DNA of 64,000 nucleotides. Origin: an uncultured Candidatus Saccharibacteria bacterium. GTDB lineage: Bacteria > Patescibacteriota > Dojkabacteria > SC72. Of the stretch, positions 1 through 8,538 are shown piece after piece. A model generated the notes under the pieces. The model saw only the letters and a program-made list of their open reading frames with translations, did no database searches and was not told the DNA's origin. The position numbers and the translations under genes are program-made. Location of the stretch: NCBI GenBank assembly GCA_964405015.1, contig CAYOME010000002.1, positions 68,174-132,173 on the forward strand. The letters run 5' to 3'. Each line of letters opens with the position of its first letter. Position 1 is the first letter of the stretch.

Positions 1-2
1 GT

Positions 3-467
3 ACTCTTTTAAATTTACATATTGGTACTGTTGAAAGATATATAGACCTTTTAGAAAAAAACTATGTAATATTTAGATTACCACCATATTACACAAATGA
101 AAGGAAAGTACTTTCTAAACAAAACAAAATATATTTCTATGACTTAGGAATTAGAAATGCATTGATTAATAACTTTAATCCACTTAGCAAAAGAAGTGAT
201 AGAGGTGCTCTCTGGGAGAACTTCCTAATATTGGAAAGGATGAAAATGAATGCATATTCAAAGAGGTATGTATCAAAGTTCTTTTGGAGAACATACGATG
301 GTGCAGAGGTTGACTATATTGAAAAGTATGCAGATTCTCTAGAGGGATTTGAATTTAAATGGAGTAAGGTTAGGAAGGCACCAAAGAGTTGGTTAGAGTA
401 TCCAAATGCTACATACGAGCTAATTAATATCGATAATTTTAAAAAGTTTTTAAATATATCTAATTAA
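3..467 (+). CDS. AAA+ ATPase, DUF4143-type C-terminal part (5' truncated by window)
   Basis: Frame is open from position 3 (TVERYIDLLEKNYVIFRL...KIYFYDLGIRNA) and ends GALWENF...FWRTYDGAEVDYI...FEFKW, the typical AAA_14/DUF4143 C-terminus. Confidence 0.85.
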   Translation, partial: TLLNLHIGTVERYIDLLEKNYVIFRLPPYYTNERKVLSKQNKIYFYDLGIRNALINNFNPLSKRSDRGALWENFLILERMKMNAYSKRYVSKFFWRTYDGAEVDYIEKYADSLEGFEFKWSKVRKAPKSWLEYPNATYELINIDNFKKFLNISN

Positions 468-486
468 AATATTTTTAAATATATAT

Positions 487-1569
487 ATGAAAGCATTAAT
501 ACTCGCAGGAGGAAGAGGAACAAGATTAAGACCCCTTACACATACAAAAAACAAACATATGTTACCCTTAGGTAATAGACCAATGATAGAGAGGATAATA
601 TTGGATGCAATAGATCTAGGAATAAAAGACATCATTATCAACATTAACAAAGGAGACAAAGAAATGCCTGAATTACTTGGAGATGGTAAAAGATTCGGAT
701 GTAAGATTTCTTACATAGAACAACCAGAACCAAATGGAATGATGTATCCAATAAAGTTAGCAGAGAAACTAATCGGTAACGAAGAGTTCCTCTTCTCAGC
801 AGGAGACAATATCCTAACAGGAGGTCTTAAACAACACTATGAGGATTTTAAAAAGAAGAAATCAGATGCTCATGTATTAGTAGTTAAAAGACCTGACTAT
901 CAAAACTTTGGAGTAGCTGTAATGAAAGATGGAAAGATTGTAAAAACAGTAGAGAAACCAAAGGAGTTTGTAAGTGATTTAGTACTCTCTGCTATATATT
1001 TCTTTACACCTGCAGTATTTAAAGCTTTTGATCATGTAAAACCAATAGATCCTAAAGGAACAGGAAAACCAGAATACTACCCACCAGTAATTAATAACTG
1101 GTTAATAGAGAATGGATATACAATGACAGCATCAGAAGTAACAGGATGGTGGAAAGATACAGGAGCACCAGAAGACCTGATACTTGCTAATAGATTAATA
1201 TTGGAAAGAGAAGTTTTAGATACTTGTGAAGGAGAGTTAGTAGACTCACATATTGAAGGTAATGTAGAGATTAAAAAGGGGGCTAAGATAAAGAATTGTA
1301 CGTTAAGAGGTCCAATCTCCATTGCAGAGAATGCTGTTGTAGAAGATTCATACATAGGACCTTTTACATCCATTGGTGCTGATAGTGTGGTTAAGAATGT
1401 AGAAATTGAAAATAGTATTCTAATGGGTAATTGTAATGTACATGATTTAGATAGGAGACTTGATAGCTGTTTAATAGGATGGAATGCGGAAGTAACTAGT
1501 AAGAGTGGCCATCCTAAAGCAGATAGGCTCTTTATAGGTGACGACTCTAAGGTAGAGATAAGTAGATAG
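487..1569 (+). CDS. rmlA: Glucose-1-phosphate thymidylyltransferase (long form)
   Basis: MKALILAGGRGTRLRPLT, VEKP and WWKDTG motifs, C-terminal hexapeptide-like region, next to rmlC/rmlD. Confidence 0.9.
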   Translation: MKALILAGGRGTRLRPLTHTKNKHMLPLGNRPMIERIILDAIDLGIKDIIININKGDKEMPELLGDGKRFGCKISYIEQPEPNGMMYPIKLAEKLIGNEEFLFSAGDNILTGGLKQHYEDFKKKKSDAHVLVVKRPDYQNFGVAVMKDGKIVKTVEKPKEFVSDLVLSAIYFFTPAVFKAFDHVKPIDPKGTGKPEYYPPVINNWLIENGYTMTASEVTGWWKDTGAPEDLILANRLILEREVLDTCEGELVDSHIEGNVEIKKGAKIKNCTLRGPISIAENAVVEDSYIGPFTSIGADSVVKNVEIENSILMGNCNVHDLDRRLDSCLIGWNAEVTSKSGHPKADRLFIGDDSKVEISR

Positions 1570-1570
1570 A

Positions 1571-2218
1571 TTAGAAATATCTACCAGAATGTTTACCATA
1601 TTGAATAATCTGATCTAATGCGGTACGAATGTTCGGGAATTCTTTTAATAGGCTTCTTTTGCACTGAATAGCCACTACAGTGCGATTACATTCAAACAAG
1701 TTCTTCATCTCTTCTACAAAAGTCCCAGTATATGCTAAATCCCAATTAACAAATTGTTTATCAAATTGCTTTATTTGTAATTCTAAATATTTAATAGGAA
1801 CAAGGAGATGGCCTGCAAAAGAATTAGCATCTTTTTCTATTTTATCGTATACAGAATTTTTGATACTCTCCATCCTCTTAAGATATTCATCCTTGTCTTT
1901 AATATCTGAGAAGAGATCCCTATGAAGAATATAGTGGCCGATTTCATGGCTAAGTGAAAACCTTAGTCGTTCTCTGCGACTATCCTGTGTGTATAGGGAT
2001 TCATCTATAACTACAACCTTATTACCCACTGTAAGAAAAGCTTCACCTCCATTTGAGAATTCAGATTCAAGTTGAGGTAAAATGTAGGGTTTAAGCTTCA
2101 GTCCTAATTCCATAATTTCTTCAACATCAATAGGGAGAGGGACTTCTTTTTTGTAGTAATCTTCTATCGTAGATAGTGCGAGATTTTTAATTTCCTCTTG
2201 GGTTCTTTGGGGGGACAC
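1571..2218 (-). CDS. ImmA/IrrE family metallo-endopeptidase
   Basis: LPIDVEEI N-terminus, RLRFSLSHEIGHYILH (HExxH) and EKDANSFAGHLLVP. Confidence 0.9.
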   Translation of the reverse strand: MSPQRTQEEIKNLALSTIEDYYKKEVPLPIDVEEIMELGLKLKPYILPQLESEFSNGGEAFLTVGNKVVVIDESLYTQDSRRERLRFSLSHEIGHYILHRDLFSDIKDKDEYLKRMESIKNSVYDKIEKDANSFAGHLLVPIKYLELQIKQFDKQFVNWDLAYTGTFVEEMKNLFECNRTVVAIQCKRSLLKEFPNIRTALDQIIQYGKHSGRYF

Positions 2219-2588
2219 GATCTGGTGCAGTAATAAGTTTAAGTAAATCTTTTAAATCTTTCTCAGTAATTTTCTTTCCTCTCGCTTTTCGAAAAAATGC
2301 AGGTAAAATTGATAAATTGGATTGTAAATCCTGCGGTATTTCACCTCTGCTAATATCGGCTAAATCACACATATATCCATATTCTTCTGAATCGATTTTT
2401 ACACCAATTGCTTTTGCTACTTTCTTTAAGAAAAGCTTGCTCTTAGGTACTTTAAGAAGATTGTTCTCAATTTTACTTACTTGTGCAGGATCAAAATCAT
2501 ACTTTCTACAAAACTCTCTTAGGGTAAGATTTTTTGAGACTCTTTCATTGTAAAGCATCTCTCCAAATGAGGAGTAATCTTTTTTCAT
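2187..2588 (-). CDS. XRE-family HTH transcriptional regulator
   Basis: FGEMLYNERVSKNLTLREFCRKYDFDPAQVSKIENN HTH. Start moved to ATG 2588, downstream of a consensus promoter. Overlaps the peptidase start. Confidence 0.85.
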   Translation of the reverse strand: MKKDYSSFGEMLYNERVSKNLTLREFCRKYDFDPAQVSKIENNLLKVPKSKLFLKKVAKAIGVKIDSEEYGYMCDLADISRGEIPQDLQSNLSILPAFFRKARGKKITEKDLKDLLKLITAPDRVPPKNPRGN

Positions 2589-2622
2589 ACTGTTTGATAT
2601 TTTTAACTTAGGCAGTTGGTAC

Positions 2623-2651
2623 ATTCTAATACAGAAGTTCTGTGTTGTCAA
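2623..2651 (-). promoter_or_regulatory. sigma70 promoter with palindromic operator in the spacer
   Basis: TTGACA (2651-2646), 17 bp, TAGAAT (2628-2623). The spacer contains the palindrome ACAGAA-G-TTCTGT (2631-2643). Confidence 0.75.
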
Positions 2652-2702
2652 TTTATTACAACAGTGTGAACTCTCTTAGAACTTTTTGATATAATCTGTT
2701 TG

Positions 2703-3035
2703 ATGAGGAAATATCAACATAAAAATCTTGCAAGTGGAGATTGGAATAAAAAATCATTCCTCGAACAAATGGCAAACATTGGTAGTGAGGTATACCGAGC
2801 TATTAACTGGAAGAACAAGGGTAATGAAGAATATGCACATATGGCATTTGTAAGATCACTTGAACTTTTTGATTTAACTAAGGATTCTAAACTAACATAC
2901 CCTCAATACAAAGAACTTTTAAGAATGAGAGAGATATGGGTAGACTTTTTCAAATATGAAAATGAATATAATTCTACCGGAGAGTCTCTTAATACATACT
3001 TTACAAACCTTACAGTTGCTTTTAAAAACAGATAA
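2703..3035 (+). CDS. Conserved hypothetical helical protein
   Basis: 110-aa ORF with motif EQMANIGSEVYRA. TATAAT lies 7 nt before the ATG. Confidence 0.75.
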   Translation: MRKYQHKNLASGDWNKKSFLEQMANIGSEVYRAINWKNKGNEEYAHMAFVRSLELFDLTKDSKLTYPQYKELLRMREIWVDFFKYENEYNSTGESLNTYFTNLTVAFKNR

Positions 3036-3050
3036 CTTTTTTACTTATAT

Positions 3051-3626
3051 ATAGAATTTAAACCATTAAGTATTCCTGGATTAGTACTAATAACACCGAA
3101 TGTGTTTGGAGACAGTAGAGGCTTCTTTAAAGAAACATACAACAGAGAAGTATTTCAAGCAAATGGAATAGATATAGATTTTGGTGTACAGAGTAATCAT
3201 TCTAGATCTTCAAAAGGTGTGCTAAGGGGTATGCATTGGCAAAAAGAGCCATTTGCACAAGACAAATTAGTACGTGTTTCAAGGGGAAGAGTATTGGATG
3301 TAGCAGTAGACATTAGAGTAGGTTCTCCTACATTTGGTAAGTATGAAGCAGTAGAGCTTTCAGATGAAAACCACTATATATTCCTCGTACCTAAAGGTTT
3401 TGCTCATGGCTTTTTTGTATTGAGTGATATCGCTGATTTTGAATATCAGGTTAGTGCACCATACAACAAAGAAAATGAGGTGGCTCTTCTTTGGGATGAT
3501 CCAGATATCGGTATAGAATGGGGATTTAGTGAGGGAGAGCAACCACTTCTTTCTGAAAAAGATAGAGTAAATAAATTACTTAAAGATATAGATCCAGAAG
3601 ATCTTTTTAAATTTGTACATAAATAG
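3051..3626 (+). CDS. rmlC: dTDP-4-dehydrorhamnose 3,5-epimerase
   Basis: FGDSRGFF, SNHSRSSKGVLRGMHWQ, DIRVGSPTFGK and VPKGFAHGF motifs. The homologous N-terminus extends to an ATA codon at 3051. Confidence 0.92.
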   Translation: MEFKPLSIPGLVLITPNVFGDSRGFFKETYNREVFQANGIDIDFGVQSNHSRSSKGVLRGMHWQKEPFAQDKLVRVSRGRVLDVAVDIRVGSPTFGKYEAVELSDENHYIFLVPKGFAHGFFVLSDIADFEYQVSAPYNKENEVALLWDDPDIGIEWGFSEGEQPLLSEKDRVNKLLKDIDPEDLFKFVHK

Positions 3627-3627
3627 G

Positions 3628-4488
3628 ATGGAAAGAATATTTGTATTTGGTTCAAGCGGTATGTTAGGAAACTACCTTTGTACACTGTTAGAAAGTAAAG
3701 GATATGAAGTAGAGAGAAATGATAGGACTTCCGGAGGGATAGATATTACTAAAGATGATGATGTAAGAACGGTAGTAAAAGATTCTGATGCAAGATTTGT
3801 AGTTAACTGTAGTGCATATACAAATGTAGAAAAGGCCGAAGAGGAAAGTGATATAGCTTTTGATGTAAATGCTAATGCTCCTAAATATATGGCACAGGCT
3901 TGTAAAGAATTTAATATTCCATTTGTTCATGTATCTACCGACTATGTATTCGGTGAAAACAAAGAGGATGGATATACGGAGGATTACAAGACCTTTAAGC
4001 CATTGAATGTATATGGTGAGTCTAAATTGGAAGGAGAAAAGGGGGTTCTAGAAGTCGGTGGTCAGGTATATATCTTTAGAACATCATGGTTGTTTGGACC
4101 TAATGCAACAAATTTCATAGAGAAGATATCTAAATATGCAAGAGAATTACCCGAATTGAAAGTAGTTACAGATGAGGTCGGTTGTCCAACATACGTAGGA
4201 GATCTTTCTAAGCATATACTTTCTGCAATACAAGGAGATATAAAACCTGATATATACCATGTGTGTAGTAGGGATATCTGTTCCAGATATGAATTTGCAA
4301 AAGAGATATTAAATATTCAAGGTATTGATACCCCAGTATTAGAATCTAAGTTAAAGGATTTTAATAGAAAGGCACAAGTACCTAATCGTTCTCAACTTCT
4401 TAATACAAAATTACCTGAAATGAGAACATGGAAAGAGATGCTTAGGGAGTATTTTGGTGTTCCGGATATTTCGGTTGTTGAAAAATAG
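3628..4488 (+). CDS. rmlD: dTDP-4-dehydrorhamnose reductase
   Basis: GSSGMLG, NCSAYTNVEKAE, HVSTDYVF, YGESK and GCPTY motifs. Confidence 0.92.
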   Translation: MERIFVFGSSGMLGNYLCTLLESKGYEVERNDRTSGGIDITKDDDVRTVVKDSDARFVVNCSAYTNVEKAEEESDIAFDVNANAPKYMAQACKEFNIPFVHVSTDYVFGENKEDGYTEDYKTFKPLNVYGESKLEGEKGVLEVGGQVYIFRTSWLFGPNATNFIEKISKYARELPELKVVTDEVGCPTYVGDLSKHILSAIQGDIKPDIYHVCSRDICSRYEFAKEILNIQGIDTPVLESKLKDFNRKAQVPNRSQLLNTKLPEMRTWKEMLREYFGVPDISVVEK

Positions 4489-4506
4489 TGTTTTTTTTTG
4501 TACAAT
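4478..4506 (+). promoter_or_regulatory. Putative sigma70 promoter facing the 3' end of the NYN gene
   Basis: TTGAAA (4478-4483), 17 bp, TACAAT (4501-4506). No + strand gene follows within 700 bp. Confidence 0.55.
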
Positions 4507-4512
4507 GAAGAG

Positions 4513-4573
4513 AATTACTAGGAGGAATACGAGCCATTGTCTATGTGACAATGTGTGTACGCCCTCCTTTTTT
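4513..4573 (+). ncRNA. Putative ~60-nt hairpin small RNA antisense to the NYN gene 3' end (alternatively a bidirectional terminator)
   Basis: AGGAGG (4520-25) pairs with CCTCCT (4563-68) and CATTGTC (4535-41) with GACAATG (4547-53). A T-run follows and a promoter precedes. Confidence 0.45.
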
Positions 4574-5104
4574 GTACCTCAATTTGTCCTTTTCATATTG
4601 TATGTAGGTTTTGTATTGGGAAAAACCTTTTAGTAGAGAAGATTCCGATTTTGAATTAGGTATTATTATTGATTTTAATTTGTTCTCTTCCTGCAAAAAT
4701 TTGTGTAAACAAAGAAAGTCACCATCTCCGGATACAATTACTGCATTATCAAAGTTTTCATATTCTATTCTGCAGGAGTATAAGACGAGTTCTGCATCTA
4801 TATTTCCTTTAGATTTACCATCTTTGCTAATTACAGTTGGTTTAAAGATTAATTCGTAACCAGATTTTTTAAGTGAAGAATAAAGGAGCTCATTGTTTTT
4901 TAGGTAACCAATAAAAAGGAGAGCCTTCTCTACAAAGAATTTATGCTTAAGGTATATTCTAAATTTCCTAAAATCTAATTTCCAACCTCTATATATTATT
5001 TTATTACCTCTGTATATAGATTTTGATGTTCCGAGATTTAAATTCTGACTATCGATAAAAGCATAAGTTCGCTCTCTTTTTTGTGTTTTTTTCGTTTTTA
5101 TCAT
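4541..5104 (-). CDS. NYN domain (LabA/DUF88, PIN-fold) putative RNase
   Basis: YAFIDSQNL, KGNIDAELV and IVSGDGDF acidic catalytic motifs. Confidence 0.9.
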   Translation of the reverse strand: MIKTKKTQKRERTYAFIDSQNLNLGTSKSIYRGNKIIYRGWKLDFRKFRIYLKHKFFVEKALLFIGYLKNNELLYSSLKKSGYELIFKPTVISKDGKSKGNIDAELVLYSCRIEYENFDNAVIVSGDGDFLCLHKFLQEENKLKSIIIPNSKSESSLLKGFSQYKTYIQYEKDKLRYKKGGRTHIVT

Positions 5105-5213
5105 TTAAATATAGATTTTAGTATTGAGTATTCTTAGTGTAAATAGAAAAGCAAAATATAATTATTAACTTTTATCCTTGGTAAGAGATATCATCTTCTG
5201 ATAATATGTACAC

Positions 5214-6395
5214 ATGCATCTAATAGTTGACTGTACAACTACTCAAAATCAATTAAAGTACAATGGTGTAGGACAATATACTTTAAACATATTAAAAAGA
5301 TTGTTTAAATCTTCCGACTTTGATATTACACTCCTCCTTTTTGAAAAAGAATCAACTCTAGATCCATATATTAAAAAATTACCAGAGAATATTAAAGTAG
5401 AGAGAATAGGGGGGTACAAGGTATCCAACTATCTTAACCCTATATGGTATGTAACTAGGATATTACCAGCTATTAAAAAAGTTAGAAGAGAGGATAGTAT
5501 ATATTTCTGTCCTTACTTTTGGGCTGGTATTCCATCTTTACATATACCTACTGTACTAATGGTCCATGATTTCATATTACCTATATTCAATATATATTCA
5601 GAACAGAGTGTCTTTCACAATTTAATTAAAAAAATACAATATTGGGTAGAAATGTATAAGGCGAGATATTGTAAAGCGATAATTAGTAATTCTAAGTGTA
5701 CTACAAGAGATTTTAGAAAATATTTTCCTAAATATCCTAAAGAGAATATATATACAATATATTTAGATGGACAATTAGAAGAAGGTGGGGATATTAATGG
5801 ATGGGACGAATCACTTCCTAAAGATTACAAAGAGAGAGGATATTTCATATATATGGGAGGTACTCCTGCTGTTAACAAAAATTCAGAAGGTATCGTTAGA
5901 GGGTATCGGGAATTTCTAACTATGGCAAAAAATGATACTAAAGCTCCTTACCTAGTAATTGCAGGTAAAAATTTTACTAAGGAAGTAGATAGAAGGGTAA
6001 CTAAGTTTAAAGACAAAGTAGAGTGTCTAGGACTAAAAGAATATATTAAATATACAGGATTCTATGAGGATAGACATGCATTACCTTTGCTTCAGAATTC
6101 AATCTCCTTTATTCATTTATCTTTGTACGAAGGATTTGGTATAGCTTTAGTAGAAGCTATGAGATCTGGTACTCCAGTTATTGCTCATAACGGATCCTGT
6201 TATCCTGAGGTAGTTGGGGATGCAGGGATACTAGTGGATGGTAGTAATGCTAAAGAGGTAGGGGAGAGTATGTACAAAGTATATACGGAAAGAGGCTTTA
6301 GGAAGGAATTAATTGAAAAGGGGAAACAGAGGAGTAAGCTATTCTCATGGGATGATACTGTTGAAAAGACTGTAGGGGTGTTTAATAGTTTATAA
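5214..6395 (+). CDS. Glycosyltransferase family 4
   Basis: GVGQY, MVHD and SLYEGFGIALVEAMRSGTPVI motifs. Confidence 0.9.
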   Translation: MHLIVDCTTTQNQLKYNGVGQYTLNILKRLFKSSDFDITLLLFEKESTLDPYIKKLPENIKVERIGGYKVSNYLNPIWYVTRILPAIKKVRREDSIYFCPYFWAGIPSLHIPTVLMVHDFILPIFNIYSEQSVFHNLIKKIQYWVEMYKARYCKAIISNSKCTTRDFRKYFPKYPKENIYTIYLDGQLEEGGDINGWDESLPKDYKERGYFIYMGGTPAVNKNSEGIVRGYREFLTMAKNDTKAPYLVIAGKNFTKEVDRRVTKFKDKVECLGLKEYIKYTGFYEDRHALPLLQNSISFIHLSLYEGFGIALVEAMRSGTPVIAHNGSCYPEVVGDAGILVDGSNAKEVGESMYKVYTERGFRKELIEKGKQRSKLFSWDDTVEKTVGVFNSL

Positions 6396-6472
6396 TTTAA
6401 AATACTTTACAAAAGGCTTTCTGTTCAGTAATATACAGGCATCCGAATATCTAAATCAACAATGGTAACGAT

Positions 6473-7708
6473 ATGAATATCTTACTTGTTCCTTATTCAC
6501 ATCAGTTAGGCTCTACGCACGTATTAATATCTATTGGTAAATTTTTGAAAAGTATTGGGCATAATGTCTGGATAGGTGGTAATGGTAAATATATGTATCT
6601 CGCAGATCAAAATGGTTTGGATAGGGTAGAATTAGTAGAAATACCGATAGAAACATATAGGCAAAAAACTGATCATGGGGATATGTCATATCTTTCTGTG
6701 GAAGAAATCCGAGAATTTGTTAATGAAGAGGTAAAGTTATACAAAGAGTTAAATATTGAATTAGTTATATCTACTCTTAGACCCAGTTGTTCATTGTCTG
6801 CAAAAGTAAGTGGTATTAAGCATATCGCTTTGACGTATTCATTCTTAACACCATATTTCAAATTTTTAATTAAAACTCCAGAGTCACATGTTTTGTATAA
6901 CATAGCAAAACTTCCAGTAATTGGTCTCTTGTTTAATCTTCTATGTGTAAAACCAATATATTCACATTTAAAGAAACAATGGGCAAAGAATTATAATATT
7001 GTAGCAAGAGAGTTAATGGTAAAGGGTTTTGCAGATCTCTATGACGCATATTGTGGAGATATTACTTGGCTTTTTGATATAGAAGAGTTTGCACCTCTTA
7101 AATCAAACTCTCCTAAGACTTTAAAATTTTTAGGTCATGTTTTTAATTCTGTTACAGGTTCTGTACCAGAATGGATAGGGAAGGTTAAGACATTGAAAAA
7201 TGAAGCACACAAAGATGTAATTTTACTATCCATGGGAAGTAGTGGCACAAAATTCCCTAGAATACTAAAGGATTTAGTCGAATATTGTACAAAAAATGAT
7301 AAAGTACTTATGTCCACAAGTTGTAACCATTTAATCTCAGAGAGATATACAGATTTTGACAATATCTTTCTAACAGATTTCGCTGATATGAAATCTCTTT
7401 TGGAAGTAACAGATATTGCAATTATTCATGGTGGAAGAGGTACTATTTATGATGCTCTTACTATGAATAGGCCAAGTATAGTAATTCCTCATCAGGCTGA
7501 GCAAGAGACTAATTCTGAAAGAATTCAAGAATTAGGATTGGGTTATAAACTAAGTTTATACAACTACAAGAGAGAAGATCTTTATAAAACATTGGATGAG
7601 TATTTTAATAATAAAGAAAAAGTTCAAAAGAATGTGGATAGATTTGTAAAGAATTTTGAAAAATATGATTGGAAGAAAGTTGTAGAAGATACTATCGCAG
7701 AACTTTAA
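6473..7708 (+). CDS. Glycosyltransferase, GT1/GT28-like GT-B fold
   Basis: LLSMGSSG and IIHGGRGTIYDAL...IPHQAEQETN UDP-sugar-binding signature. Confidence 0.85.
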   Translation: MNILLVPYSHQLGSTHVLISIGKFLKSIGHNVWIGGNGKYMYLADQNGLDRVELVEIPIETYRQKTDHGDMSYLSVEEIREFVNEEVKLYKELNIELVISTLRPSCSLSAKVSGIKHIALTYSFLTPYFKFLIKTPESHVLYNIAKLPVIGLLFNLLCVKPIYSHLKKQWAKNYNIVARELMVKGFADLYDAYCGDITWLFDIEEFAPLKSNSPKTLKFLGHVFNSVTGSVPEWIGKVKTLKNEAHKDVILLSMGSSGTKFPRILKDLVEYCTKNDKVLMSTSCNHLISERYTDFDNIFLTDFADMKSLLEVTDIAIIHGGRGTIYDALTMNRPSIVIPHQAEQETNSERIQELGLGYKLSLYNYKREDLYKTLDEYFNNKEKVQKNVDRFVKNFEKYDWKKVVEDTIAEL

Positions 7709-8538
7709 TGAAAGGCTTTATTCAAAGAATAATCAAGATTGAGAATCAGGAGTTTCGTATATATGTTAAGGAGGTAGATCCTTCATTACCATTCATACTG
7801 TTTGTTCCTGGTTTTAGATCTTTGGCAATAAATGCAGAACTTCTTCTTAATGATCTTGGAGGAAACTGTATTACCTTTGATTTCCCAGGTATAGAGTCAA
7901 ACAGTGCTATAAAGAGATTTGCCGATTTTGGATTTGCTACAGACAAGATAGTGGATTTAGTAATTGAAGAAATACTAAAAGTATATGAAGTAAAAACTTT
8001 GATTTGTGCTTCCTTAACAACCCCTTATGTCCTTTACAAGTATCACTTGAGGAAAGATATGAATATATTTCTCTTATCACCACAGTTTAAAACGTCTTTA
8101 ATTGATTATGTGCTACTTTATTATTGTAAATTTAGTTTATTATTACACAAACTACTTAAAAAGAATGTTTATAGGTATTTGGATAGGGTTTTATTAGCTA
8201 AAGTATGGATGGGAATATTAGACTCTCAGACTAGCAACCCCTATACTACTGAGATATTAAAAAAAGATTTGGAGTCATCTGTTTCGCCATGGACTGAAAA
8301 TCAATTTATAACATTCTTCAAATACAAAAAAAAGAGTGTATTATTACTTAGCGAACTTAAAGATATTTCTAATATATATATACTGATTGGAACAAAGGAT
8401 CCTATTGTTGAAGAATCAGTTATACGTTCATATGTAAATCATATTGAGAAAAAGAATATAATAATTATGGAATACAATCATATATTGGAAACAGAAGCTA
8501 CAAAAGAAATTGCTAAGTTGTATAATTCAATTATATGA
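7708..8538 (+). CDS. Alpha/beta hydrolase-fold protein (divergent)
   Basis: ILFVPGF, TFDFPG, ICASLT (atypical nucleophile elbow), IGTKDPIV and YNH. ATG overlaps the upstream TAA. Confidence 0.65.
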   Translation: MKGFIQRIIKIENQEFRIYVKEVDPSLPFILFVPGFRSLAINAELLLNDLGGNCITFDFPGIESNSAIKRFADFGFATDKIVDLVIEEILKVYEVKTLICASLTTPYVLYKYHLRKDMNIFLLSPQFKTSLIDYVLLYYCKFSLLLHKLLKKNVYRYLDRVLLAKVWMGILDSQTSNPYTTEILKKDLESSVSPWTENQFITFFKYKKKSVLLLSELKDISNIYILIGTKDPIVEESVIRSYVNHIEKKNIIIMEYNHILETEATKEIAKLYNSII

